DNA of 64,000 nt from Terriglobia bacterium (lineage in GTDB: Bacteria > Acidobacteriota > Polarisedimenticolia > Polarisedimenticolales > JAIQFR01), in NCBI GenBank assembly GCA_963748015.1, contig CAVVHE010000004.1:1408001-1472000 (forward strand), given 5' to 3'. The position numbers were made by a program, and so were the translations under genes. A model generated the notes under the pieces. It searched no databases. It was not told the origin of the DNA and saw nothing but the letters and a program-made list of their open reading frames with translations. This document shows positions 20,277-28,743 of the stretch, in pieces (within the stretch, counting starts at the first letter, position 1; the number at the start of each line of letters is the position of its first letter).

Positions 20277-21608
20277 GTGGCGGACCTGTTCGGCATCTCG
20301 ACCTGGTCGGTGGCGGCCGTCGCGACCGCCGCCGGCGCCGCGATGGGTTTCCACTTCGGCGGGCGCGGGAAGGGCGCGCTCCGGCAGGAAGCCGCCGAGC
20401 TCGCGGCGGAGGTCGCGCGCCTCGAGGGACAATCGCGCGACCAGATTCGTCTCGTCTCGAAGCTGCGGTACGAGCAGCGGTCGCTGACGAATCTCTCCCG
20501 CGCGCTTCCCGGCCTCGTTCGTCAGCTGAACAACTCGGAGCTCGACATCAACGACATCCCGAGACACCTGTTCGACCTGGCCGAGAGCCTCTTCGAGCCG
20601 CAGCAGATGATGCTCTTCCTCGTGCGCGCTCCCGGCGACGAGAAGGAGCGGGTTCAGGAGCTCTACCTCCGGGACCAGCGGGGCCTCGCCGACGTTCCGG
20701 CCGCGGCCACCCGGATCCGGATCGGAGAAGGGAAGATCGGCTGGGTCGCCGAGAACAAGGTCGAGATGGCCGGCGAGGACTGGCTGAACCTCTCCCGCAC
20801 GGACGGGCGCAACCTCGCGGACAACCACTCCGCGTTCCGTCTGAGCCTGCTCGGCCCCCTGGTGCACCGCGGGGCCAGCCAGGACCACCTCATCGGCGTC
20901 CTCGCGATCGGCGAGCCCGCGGTCCGCCCCAAGGACGAGAAGCTGGTCCTCCAGATGATCACGAACCTCGGGGCGATCGCCTACCGCAACGTCCGGAACG
21001 TGAGAGCGCTCAAGGAGCAGGCGAATCACGACGGGCTCACCGGCCTTCTCAACCGGCGGCATTTCATGGTGGAGCTCGGGAAGCTCATCTTCGCCGCCGG
21101 GAAGAGGGCCCAGGCGCTCGGGGTGTTCATGTTCGACATCGACTACTTCAAGCGCTACAACGACTCGAACGGGCACCAGGCCGGAGACGAGATCCTTCGC
21201 GGCGTCGCGGAGGTCCTGCAGGCGAATCTGAGACCGCAGGACCTGGCCTGCCGCTACGGGGGCGAGGAGTTCATCGTCGCCATGCCCCTCGCCGACGTGG
21301 AGCAGGCCAGTCAAGTCGCGGAGAGGATCCGGGAAGCGATCGCGTCCTTCCCGTTCGCGAACCGCGAGACGCAGCCGGGAGGGGTCCTGAGCATCAGCGG
21401 CGGGGTCGCCGTGTTCCCCGTGGACGGACAGAACAGCACGGACCTGATCCGCAACGCGGATCAGGCGCTCTACAAGGCGAAGTCCGCGGGCAGAAACCGC
21501 GTCCTGCTCCACAAGGGGTACGAGATCGGGGACACCGGGAAAGGACTCTTGGAGAGTACGAAGAAACCGGCGGAGCTCGGCTCGGCTTTCGGTCGCGAGG
21601 CCCGATGA
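20277..21608 (+). CDS. TM-GAF-GGDEF diguanylate cyclase
   Basis: DGLTGLLNRR, DIDYFKRYND, RPQD I-site, RYGGEEF, ADQALYKAK; start GTG 20277 inferred. Confidence 0.92.
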   Translation: MADLFGISTWSVAAVATAAGAAMGFHFGGRGKGALRQEAAELAAEVARLEGQSRDQIRLVSKLRYEQRSLTNLSRALPGLVRQLNNSELDINDIPRHLFDLAESLFEPQQMMLFLVRAPGDEKERVQELYLRDQRGLADVPAAATRIRIGEGKIGWVAENKVEMAGEDWLNLSRTDGRNLADNHSAFRLSLLGPLVHRGASQDHLIGVLAIGEPAVRPKDEKLVLQMITNLGAIAYRNVRNVRALKEQANHDGLTGLLNRRHFMVELGKLIFAAGKRAQALGVFMFDIDYFKRYNDSNGHQAGDEILRGVAEVLQANLRPQDLACRYGGEEFIVAMPLADVEQASQVAERIREAIASFPFANRETQPGGVLSISGGVAVFPVDGQNSTDLIRNADQALYKAKSAGRNRVLLHKGYEIGDTGKGLLESTKKPAELGSAFGREAR

Positions 21609-22903
21609 GGGGGCACGTGGGAAGCGGCCCTGCGCGTGCGGCCGTACGGGTGGAGACGAGCCTCCCGGTCCTCCCGGACCTGTTCGAGAGGATCGGTGAG
21701 TCCCTCGCCGCAAAGGGGCGGCTCGGCGTGCTCTCCGTCACCGTCCTCGAGCGCAAGGCGGTGGACTGCAGCCGAGGCTGGCATGCGTACGACCGCGTGT
21801 TCCGGACGGTCGGGAAGTTCCTGAGCCACTACCGCGCCCGGAGGATCCGCCGCGAGGACCGCGTGTTCGAGACGAGCCGGAGCGGCAACGCGTTCGTGCT
21901 CCTGCTCGCGCCGCCCCGCGCGGGACGCCCGCTCTCGGATGAGGACGTCGCCCGGGTCCGCGGGAGGCTGCGCCGCGGCCTCAAGCACCACCTCGCCAGG
22001 GCGCTCCCGAGGGACGTGATGGATCGCTTCGCCGCTTACGTGGGCGCGGCCGTGATGACGGCCGACCGGGACGTCCCGCTCGAGCGGATCGTCTATCGCA
22101 GTCTCGACGAGGCGTTCGCCGACGCCCTGGCCGAGAAGGCGAGCGAGGATCGCGGGTTCGCGGACGAGCTCTCCCGCATCCTGCAGAACGGCCTGGTCCG
22201 GTCGGTGTACCAGCCCGTGGTGGACGTCACGTCGCGGCGCACGATCGGTTTCGAGGCGCTGAGCCGCGTGCCGCGGGCCTGCTTCGACAGCGTGGACCTC
22301 CTGTTCAAGGCGGCGCACGAGCACGACGCCCTGTTCAACCTCGAGCGACTGTGCCGGCGCCGGGCGATCGAGGGCGCCCCGGCCCTTGGGCCCGACGGGA
22401 TGCTGTTCTTGAACGTCGAGCCCGACGCGCTCCACGACCCGGAGTTCACCGACGGCACCTTCCTGCGGCGCCTCGAAACCGCCGGCCTCTCCCCGTCCCA
22501 GGTCGTGCTCGAGATGACCGAGCACTCGAGGGTCCGGGACTTCACGGCGTTTCGCCGCACGCTGGTGGGTCTCCGCGCGAGCGGCTTCCGGCTCGCGATG
22601 GACGACGTCGGCTCCGGCTACGCAGGCCTGCAGTCCATCGCCGAGATCGCCCCGGAGTTCATCAAGGTGGACATGACGCTCGTCCGGGATCTCGATTCGA
22701 GCCCGATCAAGCGCGAGCTGATCGCGACGATCCGCCGCTTCGCCGACGCCACGGGCATCGGCGTCGTCGCCGAGGGCGTCGAGCGGGTCGGCGAGCTGGT
22801 CTCCCTGATGGAGGCCGGGGTCCGGTTCGCGCAGGGCTACCTGTTCGCGAAGCCGGACGCCCCTCCCGCCCTCCCCGACTGGAACGCGCTCGGTCTCGGC
22901 TGA
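21605..22903 (+). CDS. EAL phosphodiesterase with degenerate N-terminal GGDEF-like domain
   Basis: YQPVV, FEALSR, LEMTE, DDVGSGY, IKVD, AEGVE, QGYLF; RSGNAF at the GGDEF position. Confidence 0.9.
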   Translation: MRGHVGSGPARAAVRVETSLPVLPDLFERIGESLAAKGRLGVLSVTVLERKAVDCSRGWHAYDRVFRTVGKFLSHYRARRIRREDRVFETSRSGNAFVLLLAPPRAGRPLSDEDVARVRGRLRRGLKHHLARALPRDVMDRFAAYVGAAVMTADRDVPLERIVYRSLDEAFADALAEKASEDRGFADELSRILQNGLVRSVYQPVVDVTSRRTIGFEALSRVPRACFDSVDLLFKAAHEHDALFNLERLCRRRAIEGAPALGPDGMLFLNVEPDALHDPEFTDGTFLRRLETAGLSPSQVVLEMTEHSRVRDFTAFRRTLVGLRASGFRLAMDDVGSGYAGLQSIAEIAPEFIKVDMTLVRDLDSSPIKRELIATIRRFADATGIGVVAEGVERVGELVSLMEAGVRFAQGYLFAKPDAPPALPDWNALGLG

Positions 22904-22952
22904 CCGGCCGCCCCACGGACGCCTCGTGTTACGATGAGCGCGAGGACGAGCC

Positions 22953-23291
22953 GTGGAGCACGAAACGACACACGTCGAGCGGGGCACGCGCCTTCGCGCC
23001 ACGCTTTCGGGGGACGGGCGTCCCGGGCCGATCGAGGAGCGGATCGGACGGAGGCTCGTGCGCCTCGTGGATCCGGCGTCCGAGGAAGGGCTCGGGCTGC
23101 TCCGGTCCGGTTCCGTCGAGATGATCGGCCCGGAGGGCGATCCGCTCGGCTGTCTCCGGCCCGAGGAAGCCGCCCGCATCTTGCGCGAGCGGCTCGAGCG
23201 GCGCCTCGCCGATCCGGATGCCGACGCGCACGCGGTGCGTGACGGCCTTGCCCGCCTTGCCGGCTGGTCGGAGAGGCTCGGCCGCTCCTGA
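22953..23291 (+). CDS. Hypothetical protein
   Basis: ORF fills gap; GAGGA upstream of GTG; no motif. Confidence 0.4.
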   Translation: MEHETTHVERGTRLRATLSGDGRPGPIEERIGRRLVRLVDPASEEGLGLLRSGSVEMIGPEGDPLGCLRPEEAARILRERLERRLADPDADAHAVRDGLARLAGWSERLGRS

Positions 23292-23298
23292 TCGCGGT

Positions 23299-23778
23299 TC
23301 AGTCGAGGCCGGTCTTCAGCCCCTTCTTGATCGCCTCCACGATGAAGTTCTGCATGGAGGGCTGCTGGTTCCGCACGGCGGCATAGACGAGGCACGGCAG
23401 CTTCAGGGAGATCTGGATGCCGTTCTCGTCGAGCGAGTCGAGCCAGCGAGTGAACTCGTCCCACGACTTGAACGACTTCGCCTCGATCGCTCCCCTGCGA
23501 TAGAGCTCGATCAGCGTGATCTCGTCCTTGAGCCGGAACAGGACGTCCGCCTCGCTGAACTCGGCGAAGTCGCTGTACGCGAAAAACTTCACCTCCCCGG
23601 CGGTCTGGTCCTTCCCCTTGATCGAGATCTCGGGGTCCTTGTTGCACCGGATCATGATGTAGTCCTCCTTGCCCTTGAAGTAGAAGGCAAGGATCGGATC
23701 GGTGCGCGGGCTGTTGTCCGACGGGGTCTTGAGGGCCCGGTAGACCCTTCTCGCGATGTCCGCGTTGGTTCTATACAT
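23299..23778 (-). CDS. Hypothetical protein, possible C-terminal ribbon-helix-helix domain
   Basis: Host-like codon bias; C-terminus IQISLKLP...SMQNFIVEAIKKGL. Confidence 0.7.
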   Translation of the reverse strand: MYRTNADIARRVYRALKTPSDNSPRTDPILAFYFKGKEDYIMIRCNKDPEISIKGKDQTAGEVKFFAYSDFAEFSEADVLFRLKDEITLIELYRRGAIEAKSFKSWDEFTRWLDSLDENGIQISLKLPCLVYAAVRNQQPSMQNFIVEAIKKGLKTGLD

Positions 23779-24098
23779 TCGTCGACTCCACTCGTGGCGC
23801 TTCCCGCAAATCGAATAGGTTGAGTATACGGTGGAGCATAGAACGGCTCAAGGGGAATCTCCACCTGGGCCTCCTCCCGTGGTCCAGCCGCGGGCTCCGG
23901 TGCCCCCCGAACCCGCTCTCCGGCGTTGCGGTGTAGCTATTATAATAAATAAAATTGCGCTTACCTTTGCCTCGACTGGCCTCGAAACCTATGTTTCCGC
24001 AGGTAGGGCACAACCCAAGGAGTCGAGACCGGCCGGCCGACCTCCGTCGGCGCTATGGGGCGCCGCAAGATCTCGCGGCGCTCCGGGGGACATCAGCG

Positions 24099-26591
24099 GT
24101 GACGGATCCCCGCGGGTTTCCGGGGAGAACCAAGCCGTATCTCCTCGCGGTGAGCGGGACGGGCGCCGCCGCCGCCATCGCCGCGGTCCTCTTGCGGCCG
24201 CCGCCGCTCGACTCGCACCCCCTGCTGTTCATCGTGCTCGCCGTGGCCGCCGGCTGGATCCGCGTGCCCCTCCCGGTCGGCGGGAGCCTCTCCCCGGCCT
24301 TCGCCTTCGTGTCCGCGACCCTCATGTCGTTCGGACTCGGCGCGTCGGTCGCCGCGAGCGTACTCTCGGCGGTCGCCACGTCGCTCCTGCGCGCCAGGAG
24401 CCAGGCGCGGCCGCCGGCTCACCGGATCGCGTTCAACGCGGGGGTCGTGGGCATCTCCTCCACGGCGTCGGGGTTCCTCTACCTCGCGCTGGGCGGGCCC
24501 GTCGGAGCGGTGGATCCGCTCCGCGACCTCGTGCCGATTCTCGCCTCCTCGGCGGCCTTCTCCGGCCTGAACCTCGGCCTGATCTCGCTCGCGATCCACC
24601 TCACGGGCGAGGAGCGGGCGGGCGAAGCGCTCCGCGCGAACTTCGCATGGTCGATCCCGTCGTTTCTCGCGGGATCGTCCCTCGCCGTGCTGCTGACCCT
24701 CCTGATCCAACGCGGGCACCTCGGATCGCTCCTCCTCGCCGCGCCGTTCGTGTACCTCATGCACCTCGCGTATCGTGCGCGCTCGCGGCAGGCGGAGGAG
24801 GAGAAGCGACACTCGCAGCAGACCGCCGAGCACTATCGCGCGGTCACGGAAGCGCTGGCCCTCGCGATCGAGGCGAAGGACGAGAACACCGAGGACCACC
24901 TCCGCAGAGTGCAGCAATTCAGTCTCGCGATCGGACGTCGCCTCGGGCTGCCCTCTCCGCAGATGGAAGCCCTGAAGGCGGCTTCCCTGCTCCACGACGT
25001 CGGCAAGATCGCGGTGCCGGAGTACATCCTCACGAAGCCGGGCCGGCTCACTCCCGAGGAATTCGAGAAGATGAAGACGCACCCTCGGGTGGGAGCCGAC
25101 ATCCTCTCGGTGGTACCGTTCCCCTATCCGCTCGCCCCCATCGTCCGCCACCACCACGAGCGGTGGGACGGCGGCGGCTACCCCGACGGCCTCGCGGGCG
25201 AGGCGATACCGATCGGCGCGAGGATCCTCTCTGTCGCGGACTGCTTCGACGCCCTCACGACGGACCGGCCTTACCGGAGGGCGCTGCCGGCCACCGAGGC
25301 GATCGCCTTCCTCGAACGCGAGTCCGGCAAGATGTTCGATCCCGCGGCCGTCGCCGCCTTCGTGTCCGACGCCGCGTCCCTCGAGGCGGCGATCCAACCC
25401 AGCTCGCGTCCCGACGTCGCGCCGGGGGCGCCCGCGGGTACGCCTCTCGACGAGAGCGCCCGCGCCGAAGCGTCTCCCTCCGTTCCGCTCCCCTCGAGCC
25501 GTGTCCGGGTCTACGAGGAGATCACCTCGTCCCAGCGCGAGCAGCGCGCGCTCTACGACATCGCGCGGGCGATCGGCCATCACATCGGCTTCGAGGAAAG
25601 CCTCACGCTGCTGTCCGCGAAGATCGCGAACCTGATCCCGTATCGCGCCCTGGTCGTCTACCTCTACAGCGAGGACCGCCTGCGGCTCCAGGCACGGTTC
25701 GCGACCGGCCAGGCGGCGTCGCGGCTCAAGGGGCTCGAGATCCCGGTGGGCGAGAAGCTATCGGGGTGGGCGGCAAGCCACCGGCGCGCGTACATCGGGA
25801 AGAGCCACGTCCGCCCCCTGGAGCGGGACGGCTCCCGATCGGATCTCGAGGATCTCGCCGGCGACCCCGAGGCCTCCGAGCTGCGCTCGTCGCTCGTCGC
25901 GCCGCTGTCCACCGGCTTCGAGGAATTGGGCGTGCTGGCGCTCTATCACGGTTCCGGCGTCGAGTACGATTCGGACCATCTCCGGCTCGCGCAGGCGGTC
26001 GGGGGATACGTCGCCCAGGCGATCGAGAACGCGCGGCGGTTCTCGGAGACGCGTCCCGAAAGCCTCACGGACCCGCTCACCGGAATCCCGAATTCGAGGT
26101 TCTTCTTCCTGGAGGCCGGCTACCGTATCGACCGCGCCGCCGAGGAGGCGGAGGGGATCGGCGTCATGGCGTTTCGGGTCACGGGGCTCGACGGCGCCCA
26201 GCGGGCTCTCGGTCCGACCGCCGCCGCGCGGCTCCTGGGGCAGGCGGCGAGACGCCTCGCCGCGCTCGCCGGCGGCGGCGAGACGCTCGTCCGCTTCGGG
26301 GGCGATCTCTTCCTCGTCCTCACCCAGGAGGACCGGCCGGAGATCCTCGCCGAGCGATCCCTCGAAATCCTCGAGCTCGTTCAGGCCGAGCCCGTGGACG
26401 CCCGCCTCGGGATCGCGTGCGACGTGCACCTCCGGGCCACCTACGCCTCGTTCCCCGCCGACGGCGCGACGACCGAGGAGATCCTCGACGCGATCGAGAG
26501 CCGCCTGCGATCGGCGAGCGGGCCGGGCGAGCCCTTCCCGCCCGGCGGTCCCGCCGATGCGCGGGAGGCCTCCGAGCAGGACTTCGCCTGA
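24099..26591 (+). CDS. Multi-TM sensor-HD-GYP-GAF-degenerate GGDEF protein
   Basis: About 7 hydrophobic segments; LHDVGK, HHERWDGGGYP, ADCFDALT; GAF; DPLTGIPN and RFGGDLF; start GTG 24099 inferred. Confidence 0.9.
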   Translation: MTDPRGFPGRTKPYLLAVSGTGAAAAIAAVLLRPPPLDSHPLLFIVLAVAAGWIRVPLPVGGSLSPAFAFVSATLMSFGLGASVAASVLSAVATSLLRARSQARPPAHRIAFNAGVVGISSTASGFLYLALGGPVGAVDPLRDLVPILASSAAFSGLNLGLISLAIHLTGEERAGEALRANFAWSIPSFLAGSSLAVLLTLLIQRGHLGSLLLAAPFVYLMHLAYRARSRQAEEEKRHSQQTAEHYRAVTEALALAIEAKDENTEDHLRRVQQFSLAIGRRLGLPSPQMEALKAASLLHDVGKIAVPEYILTKPGRLTPEEFEKMKTHPRVGADILSVVPFPYPLAPIVRHHHERWDGGGYPDGLAGEAIPIGARILSVADCFDALTTDRPYRRALPATEAIAFLERESGKMFDPAAVAAFVSDAASLEAAIQPSSRPDVAPGAPAGTPLDESARAEASPSVPLPSSRVRVYEEITSSQREQRALYDIARAIGHHIGFEESLTLLSAKIANLIPYRALVVYLYSEDRLRLQARFATGQAASRLKGLEIPVGEKLSGWAASHRRAYIGKSHVRPLERDGSRSDLEDLAGDPEASELRSSLVAPLSTGFEELGVLALYHGSGVEYDSDHLRLAQAVGGYVAQAIENARRFSETRPESLTDPLTGIPNSRFFFLEAGYRIDRAAEEAEGIGVMAFRVTGLDGAQRALGPTAAARLLGQAARRLAALAGGGETLVRFGGDLFLVLTQEDRPEILAERSLEILELVQAEPVDARLGIACDVHLRATYASFPADGATTEEILDAIESRLRSASGPGEPFPPGGPADAREASEQDFA

Positions 26592-26713
26592 TCTCCTCAT
26601 CCAGCCGCCCCTAGTCACCATGGAACGACCGGCTCCGATTCGCAGTTGACGTAGGTTACGCTGCGAATCGGTGAAGAACCGTAGCGCAGAGCTACATGCG
26701 AAAGGAGCCGGTC

Positions 26714-27856
26714 ATGGGGAAGGATAGCCGATTCGTGGGCCTGGACGTACATGCGGACTCGATCGCGGTGGCGGTTGCGGAGCCTGGCGGCGAGGTTCGG
26801 TCGTTGGGGATCATTGGCAACAAGCCGGAGTCGGTGAGAAAGCTGATGAAGAGGTTGGGTTCGGCTAGGGGTCTCAAGGTCTGCTACGAGGCGGGGCCGA
26901 CGGGATACGTCCTGTACTGGCAGTTGACCGAGATGGGGATTCACTGCGACGTGGTGGCGCCGACGTTGATACCGGTGAAGCCCGGTGACCGGGTCAAGAC
27001 GGATCGTCGCGACGCAACGAAGCTGGCGAAGAGCTACCGGGCCGGAGAGCTGACGCCGGTTTGGGTGCCGGATGCGGCGCACGAAGCTCTGCGGGATCTG
27101 GTGCGCGCTCGGGAGGCCGCGAAGGGGGATCAGCTTCGGGCGCGGCACCGACTTCAGAAGTTCTTGCTTCGGCATGGGCGCCGAGCTCCCGCGAAGGTGA
27201 AGCCGTGGACGGAGACCCATCTCGCGTGGGTGAGGCAGGCCGTTGGGTTCGAGGCCCCGGCTCAGCAGGCGGTGCTGACGGACTACTTGGCGGAAGTGGA
27301 CCACGCACGGGAGCGAGTCAAGCGGCTCGAGGGGTCGATCGACGAAGCGATCGAAGCCGCGCCTGAGGGAATACGGGCCGTGATCGATGCCCTCCAAGCC
27401 CTTCGTGGCATCGCCAAGGTGAGCAGCGTCACGATCGTCGCCGAGGTCGGCCAGCTTTCCCGCTTCTCTCGCCCGCGGCAGCTGATGGGGTACAGCGGAG
27501 CGGTGTCCAGTGAAGACTCCTCCGGAGGGCGGACCCGGCGAGGTGCGATCACCAAGACGGGCAATGCCCATCTGCGCCGGATCGTCGTGGAAGCGGCCTG
27601 GGCCTACCGGCACCGCCCTGCCGTCGGTGGGGCGCTCCGCGTGCGTCAAGAGGGGTTGAGCGAGGACGTGAAAGAGATCGCCTGGAAAGCCCAGCATCGC
27701 CTTCACCAACGCTACCGACGGTTGGCCGCCAAGGGGAAGGTCAAGCAGCAGGTGGTCACCGCGGTGGCCCGGGAGCTGTTGGGGTTCATTTGGGCCATCG
27801 GCGTGCACGTCGAGAGACAGATGCCGGCGGTGGGCCGCAAGCGCCAAGCTGCATGA
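26714..27856 (+). CDS. IS110-family DEDD transposase/recombinase
   Basis: VGLDVHADS, YEAGPTG, KTDRRDA (DEDD RuvC); SEDSSGG, ITKTGN, VTAVARELL; AAAGGAG SD before ATG 26714. Confidence 0.96.
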   Translation: MGKDSRFVGLDVHADSIAVAVAEPGGEVRSLGIIGNKPESVRKLMKRLGSARGLKVCYEAGPTGYVLYWQLTEMGIHCDVVAPTLIPVKPGDRVKTDRRDATKLAKSYRAGELTPVWVPDAAHEALRDLVRAREAAKGDQLRARHRLQKFLLRHGRRAPAKVKPWTETHLAWVRQAVGFEAPAQQAVLTDYLAEVDHARERVKRLEGSIDEAIEAAPEGIRAVIDALQALRGIAKVSSVTIVAEVGQLSRFSRPRQLMGYSGAVSSEDSSGGRTRRGAITKTGNAHLRRIVVEAAWAYRHRPAVGGALRVRQEGLSEDVKEIAWKAQHRLHQRYRRLAAKGKVKQQVVTAVARELLGFIWAIGVHVERQMPAVGRKRQAA

Positions 27857-27924
27857 AAACGATCAGGTAGGGAAGGGATGAATCCGGGACGGAGCCGGCG
27901 GCGGTCGAGGGGCACACGGGAAGG

Positions 27925-28070
27925 AGGATCCTCGTGGCTCCTATGCGACAGGCCCTCGCTGGCCGGATCCGCGATGCTAGTCCGAGGCAGCTCCCGACGG
28001 ATCACGATTATGACGGCGCGCCCTTGGGGGCCGATCCGCGAATATCAGAGTGATCAACCGTCGAGTCAGC
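27925..28070 (+). ncRNA. Putative bridge RNA/seekRNA of the IS1111 element
   Basis: Two stem-internal-loop domains (CCTCG/CGAGG; CGACGG-ATCAC/GTGAT-CCGTCG) whose loops match the target (GGCTCCTA, CTAG) and the donor junction (ATATCAG); RNA ends approximate. Confidence 0.75.
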
Positions 28071-28160
28071 CGCCTCGACCGCCGCCTGTTCCGCCCCGGC
28101 GAGGAACCGAACGGAGGTGTCTCGGGTCGGAAGCTCGAGGTTGACAGGTCGTTCCATATC

Positions 28161-28438
28161 AGGAGCCTGTCCGAGTAATCCCGTGGGCCGCGCGCATGGG
28201 GCTTGCGAGTCGGAGACGAGGAGCGAGGAGGAAGACGATGTGTCTCCATCGACGACGACGAGCGACGATGGATCCGACCGCAACCCCCATGCGCCCTTCG
28301 GGTTCGGGGCGGCGTGGGGGCGTCTGCGTCGTCGCCGCTCCTTGTCGATGGGGGAACATCGACCGCGTCGCGGCTCCTCGCATCCGCCCCCACGGCGCCC
28401 CGAACGCGGCCTACGGGATTACTCGGACCGGCTCCTAG
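28161..28438. mobile_element. MITE with ~34-bp TIRs and CTAG ends; left end split by the IS1111
   Basis: (CT)AGGAGCCTGTCCGAGTAATCCCGTGGGCCGCG vs reverse complement of right end CTAGGAGCCGGTCCGAGTAATCCCGTAGGCCGCG; missing CT is at 26611-26612. Confidence 0.8.
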
Positions 28439-28460
28439 GCTTGCCGCCCGCCCCAGACCG

Positions 28461-28680
28461 TCTCAACTTGAGAGCTCCCGAGATGGCCTTGCGACTCCAG
28501 GCTCAAGCGGTTGCAGGACAATGACTTGGATGGAGTCTCGCTCGCGCGCCGTCTCAGCTTGAGACGGCGCGCGCCCCAGCCGGCCCTGCCCAGGACCTCC
28601 CGCCGGTCTCGCTAAGTCCAACACGGAGTTGATGTTGGAGCCGCGCCACGCCGCGCGCGCTCCCCGGGCCTCCGTGTTGC
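28461..28680 (+). promoter_or_regulatory. Putative sigma54 promoter with two upstream palindromic activator sites
   Basis: TCTCA-N3-TGAGA at 28461-28473 and 28552-28564; GG(28667)-N10-GC(28679) in GGGCCTCCGTGTTGCT. Confidence 0.5.
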
Positions 28681-28743
28681 TCCTACTGGTGTTCCCCAGA
28701 GCGCCGAGAACGGATCGAGAGCGGAACGGGGGGAGGAAGAAAG

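Larger units (their letters stand above)
26613..28160 (+). mobile_element. IS110 family, IS1111-group insertion sequence
   Basis: Sub-terminal IRs ATGGAACGACC (26620-26630) / GGTCGTTCCAT (28147-28157), 7 and 3 nt inside the ends; AG core at both junctions; no TSD; long 3' non-coding end. Confidence 0.9.

Noticed and set aside
23960..24098. c-di-GMP riboswitch upstream of the HD-GYP gene
   Set aside because: Could not match the GEMM-I or GEMM-II core by eye; needs cmscan
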